Assembly: GCA_022820705.1 (NCBI GenBank)
Contig: JAJEEZ010000645.1
Location: forward strand, 1-37,196
Origin: Candidatus Latescibacterota bacterium
GTDB taxonomy: Bacteria; Latescibacterota; UBA2968; UBA8231
DNA: 37,196 nt
Direction: 5' to 3'
Both the position numbers and the translations under genes were made by a program. How positions within the stretch are numbered: the first letter of the stretch is position 1; every line of letters starts with the position of its first letter. Under the pieces are notes generated by a model that was not told the DNA's origin, did not search any database, and saw only the letters and a list, made by a program, of their open reading frames with translations. Below, one piece after another: positions 1 to 8,721 of the stretch.

Positions 1-87
1 GCATTCCGCAGCCTCCACCAGCACCACCGGGCCACCTTCGACAGCAAAACCAGCGCACAAAGCAACATCGGTTTCTTACATCTCTGG

Positions 88-924
88 CTATAACGCAAAG
101 AGCATATCCCAGTACTCAGTGGCCAGCTCGCGGGAGAGCGCTTCGGCCTTGGCAAAGTCGCCGTCGGCAATGACCAGCCCGCCGCTACCCATGCCAGCAA
201 AATCGAGATAGGGATGCACCAAAATAGCACTCGTCGATAGGATGCCATCGCGCTGCTCACCGGCCTTGGCCAAGGCCATCACTTGCGCGAAGGGATCGTC
301 GTCTTCGGTCGAGCCGTGAATGGCCCCGGTGAGCACCGGCACCTTGGCCATGGCCATCGCGGGTTTGCACACACCAGCGAGTGCGTCGCACAGCAGGCGC
401 GCCCCGCGCTCACCCGTGGAAAAGGCGTCGCGATGCGGATAGGTTTCCCAAGCCACCAAGCCATCGGCAGCGCGCATCATCTGCGCGGAAATATGGGCGT
501 GCAAATCAAGCGTAGCGACGATGGGCACGGTGTCTCCGACGATGTCTCGCACGGCAGCCAGCAGATCTCCTTCTAAATCGACGCCGCCCTCCACCGCCGC
601 CGCCCCGTGCAGCGGCATGAGGACACCATCCACCGGGAGCGCTTCGCTAAGCCGCGCCAAAAGCTCTTCCTTGAGTGGGTCGTAACAAGCCCGCGTCAGC
701 GGCCCACCGGGACAGGTGCTGGCAAACAACAGGGGTGCAACATCCACGCCGCGCGCCGCCAGCACGCTGAGCATACCGCCGGCCACCCCGTCTTCTGCTG
801 CAAGCACATCGCGCCCGCGCCGCAGTTCATAGCGCTCAAACCACGACAAATCAATCGGCTCGCCGCCGAATTGATTGCACTCGGTAAAAATCGCCCCCAA
901 GGCTACGCGATGTTTGTCGGTCAT
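88..924 (-). CDS. M81 family metallopeptidase / MlrC-like, N-terminal (DUF1485-type) domain only; probably the 5' part of a disrupted gene
   Basis: 278-aa ORF. The N-terminus RVALGAIFTECNQFGG and the overall layout match MlrC-like proteins as I recall them. The ORF stops at the domain boundary and the same frame reopens downstream towards the window edge. Confidence 0.6.
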   Translation of the reverse strand: MTDKHRVALGAIFTECNQFGGEPIDLSWFERYELRRGRDVLAAEDGVAGGMLSVLAARGVDVAPLLFASTCPGGPLTRACYDPLKEELLARLSEALPVDGVLMPLHGAAAVEGGVDLEGDLLAAVRDIVGDTVPIVATLDLHAHISAQMMRAADGLVAWETYPHRDAFSTGERGARLLCDALAGVCKPAMAMAKVPVLTGAIHGSTEDDDPFAQVMALAKAGEQRDGILSTSAILVHPYLDFAGMGSGGLVIADGDFAKAEALSRELATEYWDMLFAL

Positions 925-1001
925 TGTAATAATTGGTTGGTGGAATGGGTTTGTGAAACCGCTTCTAATATAGCCAGACTAAAAGTGACCGGCGAACTAG
1001 C

Positions 1002-1030
1002 TTGCGTTCGTCTCTCGTAGGGGATACAAT
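1002..1030 (+). promoter_or_regulatory. Sigma70-like promoter candidate (TTGCGT, 17-nt spacer, TACAAT)
   Basis: The hexamers and 17-nt spacer were read directly. The -10 ends 9 nt before ATG 1040, implying a near-leaderless transcript. Promoter rules for this taxon are unknown. Confidence 0.25.
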
Positions 1031-1039
1031 CGGTGGATA

Positions 1040-1234
1040 ATGGATATTGTTTGGGAGTACCTCACCGACCTCCAAAGCCGCCACTCGGCCTACGCTATCG
1101 CCGCGTTGCTCGTCCTCGTCTGGTGGGTGGGCCGGAGTTTCGTCCGCCTCTACCGCCAGGCGACCAGCGGTGCCGGCCGCTTAGAACGCCCCCAAGAAGA
1201 GGAGCGTCCACGTCGGCGCCTGCCGCTCGATTAA
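1040..1234 (+). CDS. Small membrane protein (one predicted TM helix), hypothetical
   Basis: 64-aa ORF with the hydrophobic stretch AYAIAALLVLVWWVG. Its TAA stop lies 2 nt before ATG 1237 of the next gene. Confidence 0.4.
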   Translation: MDIVWEYLTDLQSRHSAYAIAALLVLVWWVGRSFVRLYRQATSGAGRLERPQEEERPRRRLPLD

Positions 1235-1236
1235 AC

Positions 1237-2412
1237 ATGCAGCCAGACCACTTCGCCGCCTATCACGACGAGGATCTCGTCCGCGCCCTCACCCTAGAAC
1301 GCGCCAACTATCAGGCCCCCTACCTAGCCAGCGTCGCCGCCGAACTGGCACGCCGCAACGTCGATCCCCAAGCCTTCATCGACCAAGTCGAAGTCCGCTA
1401 CCACGCAGACGCCCCCGCAACCTGCACCATCGCCCAAGCCCTCGCAAAAGCCAGCGAAGAATTGCCGCTGTGGCATCTGCTGGCCTTTACCCGCTACTTC
1501 GGCGATACCCTCGTCGTCCAGCGCGAGCTGCGCTCCTATCTGGTGAACGTTTACCGAGGCGAGGAGTATGCCTTCTCCTTCTTCGTCGCCGAGGGCCAAG
1601 CCCTACAAGACTTGCTACGCCGTTTTCTGACCCTAGCAGACTGGGACCACCTCGCGGGCACAACCTATCAGCTCGATAGCTGGCACTCCCTCCTCCGTAC
1701 CCGCTCACCCCGCTACATGCAAAAAATCGCCACGGCCCTAGCCGACGAGGGACTGCTCTTCACCGTCCAGACCCCGGTCTTGAGCCGCGACCCGCGCGGC
1801 CAGCTAACCCTGCTGGTCCCCGGCCGCGACCCGGCGGCTACCGCGGTCCTGCACAAGGTGGAAGACCACCTCAGCACCCTCCGCGACCAAGCCACTGCCG
1901 CCTTTGCAGCAAACGACCGCGACCGCGAGCTAGCCATCTACGCCGAGCTTGCCACCTACGGGCTGAACAACCCGGCTATCTACTACAACCTAGGCAGCGC
2001 ACTCGCCGAAGCCGGGCGCTATGCTAAGGCCGCCACCGCCTTTGTCGAAGCCGCATCCTTGAGCCTTACTGCGCTCGACATCCAAGTCCCATTCCAGTCC
2101 CGCCGGGGCACTGGAGGGCTGGGGGGGACTTTCGGGATGGTGGGGACGTTGATCTCGTCGCTCAAACCGGATGAGAAGACGCCAACAGATGAGCAGCGCG
2201 AGGTCCCCGATTACATCGAAGACATTGAGCTACAGCTTGCACATCTACTCAAGCGCTTACCCCAAGACCTCAACATCCTCCACGCCCTAGCCGCCATCGC
2301 CGCCATCCGCCACGACGTCCCCCGCGCCCGCGAACACTACCGGCAAATCATCGAGATCAACCCCGCCGACGAAACAGCTAAGCACTACTTGGCCGAACAG
2401 GCGGGCGAATAG
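1237..2412 (+). CDS. Hypothetical protein with a TPR-like C-terminal region
   Basis: Internal ATG of the 1033..2412 ORF. The upstream 68 codons are Pro/Arg-rich and overlap the small ORF in another frame. The C-terminus contains TPR-like helices (AIYYNLGSALAEAGRYAKA, AREHYRQIIEINP). Confidence 0.6.
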   Translation: MQPDHFAAYHDEDLVRALTLERANYQAPYLASVAAELARRNVDPQAFIDQVEVRYHADAPATCTIAQALAKASEELPLWHLLAFTRYFGDTLVVQRELRSYLVNVYRGEEYAFSFFVAEGQALQDLLRRFLTLADWDHLAGTTYQLDSWHSLLRTRSPRYMQKIATALADEGLLFTVQTPVLSRDPRGQLTLLVPGRDPAATAVLHKVEDHLSTLRDQATAAFAANDRDRELAIYAELATYGLNNPAIYYNLGSALAEAGRYAKAATAFVEAASLSLTALDIQVPFQSRRGTGGLGGTFGMVGTLISSLKPDEKTPTDEQREVPDYIEDIELQLAHLLKRLPQDLNILHALAAIAAIRHDVPRAREHYRQIIEINPADETAKHYLAEQAGE

Positions 2413-2461
2413 AATGCTGGAAAACTGGAGAAGATCGGGAGTTACCTTGGCTACTGAGTCT

Positions 2462-3538
2462 TCACCAAGTCAGCGGCTCAAATCCCATGTGCTGCGTCAG
2501 CTTGCGCGCCGCTTGCGCCACCTGCGGGTGCGGGTCGTAGAGCGCGGCCTCAAAGCTGTCGCGATGCGTGCGCGGGTCCAGGCGATCGAGGAACTTGGCC
2601 GCGCTCAGTCGCACGTGCGGCACCGGGTCTGTCAGGCCGCGCCAAAACCACTTCGGGGCCTCCTCCCCACTGCGCAAGACGAGCACCTCGATAGCCGCGC
2701 CGCGCACCGCCTTGTACTCGCTCTCCGCGTACGGAACCAACACCTCCGGCTGAATGTCATCGCAATGCCGCATCACCTTGAGGACGCCGACTGTGCTTTG
2801 CGGCTGGTTCTCGCCGAGCAGCAATACGCACCACTCGAACAGGTCTGGGTCGTCTAGGTCGGCCAAGAGCTGGAGGCCGCGCACCTGCCGCTGCGGCTTG
2901 TCCGACTCTAAGCAATCAATGGCCTCTTCCTCGCGGCGATCGACGGGCGCTGCAATTTCAAACGCGGCCTGCTGCGCTTCGGCCTCGCGCGCCACCTTGG
3001 GCCAGACCCGCAAGTGCTCGAAGTCGATCTCCACCCCGGCAAAGCGGTCGGGGATCCACTGCGCAGCACGAGCGAGCAACTCCTTCTCGCCAAGCCGCGC
3101 ATTGGGCCGGGTCGCCAGCCGGTTGTCGATCCAGCGGGCCAAGCGCAAGACGCCCTCGTGGCGGGCGCTGACGCCCTTGTGCGCCTTGACGCCCAACACG
3201 GCATTGACCCAGCGGGCGATCTCCTCGGCAGTCTCCGGGAGGCCCAGCCCGTAGTGGCTGCGCAGCGAGGACGCGGGAATAGCTCCGTTGATCGAGATGA
3301 CCCCGCCGCTTTCGCGCACCTGCCGACTGCCGTAGCGCTGGCGCAGAGTTTTCAAGTCGAGATCTACGGTTAGCACAACGGGGCGATCTCGCGTGTGCCG
3401 CGATTTGGAGTGTGCCCGCTGCTTGGCGTAACTCTTGCCCCGCGAAAACCACACCCGCCGCGAGGGCGACCGCGGCTGAAAACCATCGCGGGCGATCTGG
3501 CGCGCGGCGCGGCGCGTCGTGCCGTGATAGACGATCAT
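2462..3538 (-). CDS. HEAT-repeat protein with a small N-terminal ART/Tpt1-like (VYHGT) domain; function unknown
   Basis: 358-aa ORF. C-terminal HEAT/PBS-lyase-like repeats are visible (AVRGAAIEVL, DPVPHVRLSAAKFL, DPHPQVAQAARKL). The N-terminus begins MIVYHGT. Confidence 0.6.
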   Translation of the reverse strand: MIVYHGTTRRAARQIARDGFQPRSPSRRVWFSRGKSYAKQRAHSKSRHTRDRPVVLTVDLDLKTLRQRYGSRQVRESGGVISINGAIPASSLRSHYGLGLPETAEEIARWVNAVLGVKAHKGVSARHEGVLRLARWIDNRLATRPNARLGEKELLARAAQWIPDRFAGVEIDFEHLRVWPKVAREAEAQQAAFEIAAPVDRREEEAIDCLESDKPQRQVRGLQLLADLDDPDLFEWCVLLLGENQPQSTVGVLKVMRHCDDIQPEVLVPYAESEYKAVRGAAIEVLVLRSGEEAPKWFWRGLTDPVPHVRLSAAKFLDRLDPRTHRDSFEAALYDPHPQVAQAARKLTQHMGFEPLTW

Positions 3539-3591
3539 GATAGACCTCCTGACTAGTTCAAAACGCCTGCGGTCAGAATGGCTTTCTCACT

Positions 3592-4494
3592 TCACAATGT
3601 CAAGTTTTTCTTCGGTTCCCGCGTGCAGCGAACTAAGCAGCGCAACTCGATGATCGGATCGGTTGGACAGTTCCGTTGGTAATCTCGCACCCGCTCCAGC
3701 CATTCAGCCTCCCAGTCGCCGCCCTGATAGCGGTGCAACGTCGCCAAGGCACCTACGGCTGCGGCTTGGACGTTCCCGGGCTTTTCCGCGCTCCAAACGT
3801 CGCCACTGTACTCCCTGCGGATGCCGCCTTCGGTTGGATCCCAAGCGGCCTCTACGTGTTGGCGCAGGTAGCGCCCCGTCAAGGCGCGGAGGTGCGTCTC
3901 TCCACGACGAGCGGCCTCGTCCAACATCGCGGTTAACGCGGCGAGGGCTGCCTCGCTGTAGACGCAGGTCCCCCAGTACTCGTCAAAGTGGAAGAAGTCG
4001 CTGCGGATGGCAAAGAGCAACCCTCCCAAGTCCGGGTGATAGTGGTAGTTCAAGATGGCGGCTACGGCGCGAGCGGCTGCTATTTGCAGTTCGCGGTCGG
4101 CATGGTCGTGCAAAAGGCGAGTACACACGCTCAACACCTGCGCCCAGTCGTCGAGACAGCGCGCCCCCTTGGGCATGGGTTGCCCCTCTGGCGACTCGCC
4201 GATGTAATCCGCCGCATCGCAACGCGCTAGGCTTTGCAGCACGAGCGTCCGCGCTCGTTCCCAGTATCCACAGGCCGCCAGCCCCTCGGCCAACGCAAGG
4301 GAGCCGCGGACCGCAGCCTCGTCGCGTTCACAGCCCTCGGCCACTTGCTCGGCCAGCCTCCGGTAGCGCGGCTGATCCCACAAATGCGACAGCGACCACA
4401 ACAATTGACCGTCCCGGAGCGCACTGGTACCCGTACCGCCCGCCAACAGCGCCTCGACGGACTTGGCGGCCACCTCGGCGATCCGCTCCTTCAT
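3592..4494 (-). CDS. Hypothetical protein, all-helical (possibly alpha/alpha-toroid-like)
   Basis: 300-aa ORF, 2 nt downstream of the epimerase gene on the same strand. I recognise no diagnostic motif. Confidence 0.55.
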   Translation of the reverse strand: MKERIAEVAAKSVEALLAGGTGTSALRDGQLLWSLSHLWDQPRYRRLAEQVAEGCERDEAAVRGSLALAEGLAACGYWERARTLVLQSLARCDAADYIGESPEGQPMPKGARCLDDWAQVLSVCTRLLHDHADRELQIAAARAVAAILNYHYHPDLGGLLFAIRSDFFHFDEYWGTCVYSEAALAALTAMLDEAARRGETHLRALTGRYLRQHVEAAWDPTEGGIRREYSGDVWSAEKPGNVQAAAVGALATLHRYQGGDWEAEWLERVRDYQRNCPTDPIIELRCLVRCTREPKKNLTL

Positions 4495-4496
4495 CG

Positions 4497-5498
4497 TTAG
4501 AACTGCCCGCTGCGAGATTCGTATTTGGTCGGCTTACCCAAGCTCAGGCCATCGGCCATGACCCACTCGGCCACCGTGCGCAGCATCTGCTCCGGACCGA
4601 CGCGTGGGCGGCCAAATTCCGCGCACAAGCGCCGGCTATCTCCCAAGAGGGCGTCCGGAGCCTCCGTGCCCGTAAAGTGGGGCGTTTTGCCCATGATCTT
4701 CCCTAGCTGTTCGGCTAGATCACGCACGGATAAGGTATCCGGGCCAGTCAGATTGATGACGTCGGCTGGACTATCGCACAGGGGGAAGAAGCGGCACAGA
4801 TAGGCGTTGGCGTCGCCCTGCCAAATTTGGTTGACGTACCCCATCGTCAGGTCAATCGGCTCTTCCTGCCACACCTTATCGGCGAGATCGCGGATGATGC
4901 CGTAGCGCGACTCAGTGGCGTAGAACAGCCGCACAATGACCAAGGGTGTCCCCCGCACCCGCGACGCGTACTGAGCCACCCGCTCGCCACCCAAGCGCGA
5001 TTGGGCGTATTCGCCCACCGGACCCAAAGCCCCATCTTCGTCCGCCCCCGCCCCCGGAGCCTTGGCATACGCATACACATTGCCCGAGCTCACATAGACG
5101 ATCCGCGATTGTGGGTAGCGCGCCATCACCGCGCCGGGCAATGCGGTGTTCATCGCCCAAGTCGCGTCTTCATTGCCGGTGGCACCAAACTTAAACCCGG
5201 CGAGGAAGAGGACGTTGGGCGCATCGGGCAGTTCCTCCAGCGCCTCGTCAGCGAGCAGGTCGCAGGCAATGGTTTGCACGCCGACGCTTTCCAAGTAGCG
5301 CTGCTTTTCCACATCTCCAAAGCGCGCCACCCCTATCACCTGCTGCGCCCCAGCCCGCACTAACAGCTCGGCCAAGGTCGGCCCCATCTTGCCGCTTACC
5401 CCCAGCAGCAGGATCGGTCCGTCCAACTGACGCACGGCCTCCACGACTTCGGGCGTCGGAGTCGTCATGTCGTCGATGAGCGCGGCTTCGCTGACCAT
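4497..5498 (-). CDS. NAD-dependent epimerase/dehydratase family protein
   Basis: Rossmann motif LLLGVSGKMGPTL near the N-terminus and an extended-SDR layout. Note YAQSR where YxxxK is usual. Confidence 0.8.
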   Translation of the reverse strand: MVSEAALIDDMTTPTPEVVEAVRQLDGPILLLGVSGKMGPTLAELLVRAGAQQVIGVARFGDVEKQRYLESVGVQTIACDLLADEALEELPDAPNVLFLAGFKFGATGNEDATWAMNTALPGAVMARYPQSRIVYVSSGNVYAYAKAPGAGADEDGALGPVGEYAQSRLGGERVAQYASRVRGTPLVIVRLFYATESRYGIIRDLADKVWQEEPIDLTMGYVNQIWQGDANAYLCRFFPLCDSPADVINLTGPDTLSVRDLAEQLGKIMGKTPHFTGTEAPDALLGDSRRLCAEFGRPRVGPEQMLRTVAEWVMADGLSLGKPTKYESRSGQF

Positions 5499-5500
5499 AT

Positions 5501-6466
5501 TTACCTCTCTTTCACGACTTCGGTGAGCTCAGCCGAGTCGCATTGAACGCCCTCGGCGGCTAGACCGAGGACCAAAGTTCGCGCGGCAATTCCCTCTTTG
5601 GCCCACGCTTGCTGCATGGCATCGGCCACCTCTGCACCCTGTCCGCTGACCAGCGCCAACGCGGTCGGCCCGGCCCCGCTCAACGCCGCACCCAACGCCC
5701 CAGCCTCTGTAGCCGCGGCCAACACCCCTTCCATCCCCGGAACCAAGGCCGTTCGATAGGGCTGGTGCAACCGATCTTGCATCCCAGTCCGCAGCAGACT
5801 GTAGTCGCCCCGTTGCAGCGCGGCCACCAACAAGCCGACGCGCCCGGCGTTAAATATCGCGTCCCGCCGCTCAATCCGCTCGGGCAGCACGCTCCGCGAC
5901 TTAGACGTGGGCAAGGGAAAATCCGGTACGGCCACGACCGCGGCCAAATCCCTCGGCGGCTCAATCCGCGCCCATGCAACCTCTTCGCCGTCCAAAGCTG
6001 CGATGACGATCCCTCCCAACGCGCAGGGCGCGACATTGTCCGGGTGTCCCTCCACAACCACGCCCTGCCGCAAAACCTCTTCTCGATCCAGCCCCATTCC
6101 GCACAGTTCGGCTCCGGCGGTTAAACCAGCGACTAAGGCCGCCGAACTGCTGCCCAACCCACTGGCCAGCGGGATATGGCTGTCAATCACCAAGCTCAGC
6201 CGCCCGGGCGTCTTGCCGGCCCGCGCATAGGCTTGCATCACCCCCTGATAGACCGCATTGCGCTCGTCCAAGGGCACGCTCCCGCTCCCCTCACCCGTGA
6301 CCACAATTTCCAAGCCCGCGCCCGCGCCTTCTTCCACTGTCAAATCCATGTACAATTCCAGTGCCAGTCCCAAGCAGTCAAAACCCGCGCCTAAATTCGC
6401 CGACGTGGCCGGTGCGCGCACTCTCACCTGTTTCACTGCCTTGTCCATGGAGGATCTCTTATCCAT
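5501..6466 (-). CDS. thrB: Homoserine kinase (GHMP kinase)
   Basis: APATSANLGAGFDCLGLAL and the GHMP motif PLASGLGSSSAALVAG. The start may instead be the internal ATG at 6448. Confidence 0.9.
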   Translation of the reverse strand: MDKRSSMDKAVKQVRVRAPATSANLGAGFDCLGLALELYMDLTVEEGAGAGLEIVVTGEGSGSVPLDERNAVYQGVMQAYARAGKTPGRLSLVIDSHIPLASGLGSSSAALVAGLTAGAELCGMGLDREEVLRQGVVVEGHPDNVAPCALGGIVIAALDGEEVAWARIEPPRDLAAVVAVPDFPLPTSKSRSVLPERIERRDAIFNAGRVGLLVAALQRGDYSLLRTGMQDRLHQPYRTALVPGMEGVLAAATEAGALGAALSGAGPTALALVSGQGAEVADAMQQAWAKEGIAARTLVLGLAAEGVQCDSAELTEVVKER

Positions 6467-6501
6467 CTTTACTGAAACCTTAATCCCAACCCGATAAAAC
6501 T

Positions 6502-7344
6502 ATGCGTATTGACTCCCATCTGCACGTCTTCGCCCGCCCCAGTGCCGAGTTCCCGCGCGAGATCACTTCAAGTATGCCCGCCGAGCGCGAAGCCCCCGTC
6601 GAGGATTTCTTGGCGCACATGGCCGACCACGCCATTGACAAAGCCGTGCTCGTGCAAACCGGCGGCACCAGCCTCGCGCATCACGCCTATTTACAACACT
6701 GCCTGCGCACCTATCCCGACCGCTTCTTAGGCATCGGCTTGATCCCGCCCGACGAGTCCTCACCCGCCGACCACATGGATCGCCTCGCCGCAGCCGGCTC
6801 GATCATCGGCTTCCGGCTCCGCTCTCTCGGCGACTTTTCCCGTCCGATATGGGAACACGCCGCCCGCAAAGACTACGTGCTCTGGCTCTACCTGCGCGCT
6901 ACCTCCGCCCCACTACTGCCCCAGTTCCTCGCGGATTTCCCCCAAGTGCGCGTCGTGATTAATCACCTCATGGTTTGCCCACGCGAGGATCGGTTCACTT
7001 GGGACGCCAAGGGCCGCCCGCAGATCGACACAGAGATGCCGCCGCCGACCGGATTCCTCGGCCCTGCGCCCGATTCGCCCAACGTCTGCGTCCATTTGTC
7101 GGGTCAATACGCCATGAGCAAGGCGGCCTATCCCTATCCCGACTTGGCCGCTTGGCACCGCAGCCTGCTGGACGCTTTTGGTGCCGAACGCCTGCTATGG
7201 GCTTCGGATTTTCCCTGGATTGTAGCCGACCCCGGCTACGGCGAATGCGTCGAGGTCCTTGATCACCTGCTGCCCGACCTGAGCAGCGAGCAGCGCCAAC
7301 TCATCATGGGCGAGACCGCGCGGCGGTTTCTCGGCTTTAGGTGA
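6502..7344 (+). CDS. Amidohydrolase-2 family metal-dependent hydrolase
   Basis: N-terminal RIDSHLHVF (HxH metal motif) and C-terminal ASDFPW, typical of this family. Confidence 0.8.
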   Translation: MRIDSHLHVFARPSAEFPREITSSMPAEREAPVEDFLAHMADHAIDKAVLVQTGGTSLAHHAYLQHCLRTYPDRFLGIGLIPPDESSPADHMDRLAAAGSIIGFRLRSLGDFSRPIWEHAARKDYVLWLYLRATSAPLLPQFLADFPQVRVVINHLMVCPREDRFTWDAKGRPQIDTEMPPPTGFLGPAPDSPNVCVHLSGQYAMSKAAYPYPDLAAWHRSLLDAFGAERLLWASDFPWIVADPGYGECVEVLDHLLPDLSSEQRQLIMGETARRFLGFR

Positions 7345-7395
7345 AGGACACGACCACTGGTGGTTGCAATCGGGCCATAGGTACGGATGTCTTCC

Positions 7396-8211
7396 TCAAG
7401 GTACCTGAGCCGTGTTTTTCTTTAGGAATCGGATAAACTCTTGCCCAAGCTCTGTAACCTCTAGGAGTTCAGATGGGCCAGAAGTTGGGCCAAGATGCCC
7501 AAGACCGAATCCCCGAGTATAGAGAAGTGCCTTTGACATTAAATCTTGGATTAAAAAAGAGTACTCCGAATCCGAGACATTATAGTGACTCGGCTGGCAG
7601 TACTCAACGCTTGTATCACTATCGTCTTCCCCTGTATCCTCTCGTTCCTCAGCCGCCCGCAGATGTTCAGCCAAAATGCGCACTTGGATGTCTGACAGGG
7701 CAATCAACAGATCCAGAAAGCGATCGTCGAAAGGCGTACCTTCGGCGTGCTGCAACCGGCCCGCGAGTACTGCGGCCAGTTTTCTTCGCTTTTCCTCCGC
7801 TCTAACCTTGGCAGCTCGTATCAAGACATCTTCTAGGAAATCGACAAACTCTGGGCTGTGAATATAGGCGACATCAATTTTGTCGGTCTCAAGAGTCTGA
7901 AGGTTTTCTGCCAGATACCCCACGAACTTTTCGAGACGTTCCTGTTTAAGACGGGCGCGCCCTTCAAAAATAGCTTCGTTTAGCAGTGTTCCAACGTACG
8001 GGATTGCACCGACGAGTCCGCGAACCACCACTTCAGTCGATTTTTTGACGTAGGCTTCTGCGGGCAGAGACGTAGTGCTTACCACGCGACTGCGATCTTG
8101 TTTTGCAGCACCGCGCAAACGGTTTAGAAATCGGTCGAGATCGCCGCCGCACTCTTCCCAAATTTTCTGCCTCGTCTGGTGAATTTCTTCAACGATAGGA
8201 TCGCGGTTCAT
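7396..8211 (-). CDS. Antitoxin-like N-terminus fused to a ~215-aa helical plus winged-helix-like module; putative partner of the PIN toxin
   Basis: ATG 8211 is preceded by GGAGGAG. The longer 8331 start would run through the PIN gene in another frame. The N-terminus is MNRDPIVEEIHQTRQKIWEECGGDLDRF. Confidence 0.6.
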   Translation of the reverse strand: MNRDPIVEEIHQTRQKIWEECGGDLDRFLNRLRGAAKQDRSRVVSTTSLPAEAYVKKSTEVVVRGLVGAIPYVGTLLNEAIFEGRARLKQERLEKFVGYLAENLQTLETDKIDVAYIHSPEFVDFLEDVLIRAAKVRAEEKRRKLAAVLAGRLQHAEGTPFDDRFLDLLIALSDIQVRILAEHLRAAEEREDTGEDDSDTSVEYCQPSHYNVSDSEYSFLIQDLMSKALLYTRGFGLGHLGPTSGPSELLEVTELGQEFIRFLKKNTAQVP

Positions 8212-8692
8212 ATTCTCCTCCGGGCGGTTGCAAAAGTTCTTCAGGTGTAACAATGACAGGCATGTGAAGATGCAATTCCGAATTAATAGCTCCGAGCCGA
8301 CGAATGACTTCCCCATTAGCAATATGGGCACAATTCCATGTTACCAGATAGTCCATTGAGTATGTAACAGCTAAAGCAATATGGGGCAAGTCTATCTGGG
8401 CACGGCCTGTCAAACCGAGACGTTGAGCGTAGATGGAAATAAGGTCCTGCACCTCATTATTGAGCTCTATGACCGGCAATTTTTCCACGATCGCTAGACG
8501 ACGTGCGACTATATCTGGATCACCGAGACAAATTTCTGCCAACACAGCCTCGGAAATATATACATCGAAACGTTCGCGAGCACCGCGCCACCAATCACGT
8601 GTGATCTGCTGGTGAGCAGCAATAATAATATCTCGGCTTGGCCGAGCAGCTAAGTAACTGGGAATCGTCGTTTCCAAATAAACGGTTGGCAT
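8189..8692 (-). CDS. PIN-domain ribonuclease, VapC-like type II toxin
   Basis: 167 aa. VYLETTIPSYLAARPSRD ... MDYLVTWNCAHIAN matches a widespread PIN subfamily as I recall it. The gene starts 30 nt downstream of the obg stop. Confidence 0.8.
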   Translation of the reverse strand: MPTVYLETTIPSYLAARPSRDIIIAAHQQITRDWWRGARERFDVYISEAVLAEICLGDPDIVARRLAIVEKLPVIELNNEVQDLISIYAQRLGLTGRAQIDLPHIALAVTYSMDYLVTWNCAHIANGEVIRRLGAINSELHLHMPVIVTPEELLQPPGGEYEPRSYR

Positions 8693-8721
8693 ATTGTGCT
8701 ATTTTTATAGAACGGTGTGCT

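Larger units (their letters stand above)
7345..8721. other. AT-richer insertion between the amidohydrolase gene and obg, carrying a PIN module
   Basis: Composition drops visibly (about 45 % G+C by eye) exactly between the two GC-rich flanking genes. I saw no flanking repeats. Confidence 0.5.

Noticed and set aside
1033-1236. N-terminal 68-codon extension of the 1033..2412 ORF
   Set aside because: Its composition is Pro/Arg-rich. It overlaps a better small membrane ORF in another frame, and ATG 1237 follows that ORF's stop by 2 nt.
8212-8331. Longer start (8331) for the PIN-partner gene
   Set aside because: It would overlap 140 nt of the PIN coding region with a hydrophobic nonsense-like peptide. 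ATG 8211 has a strong SD and begins the recognisable antitoxin-like motif.
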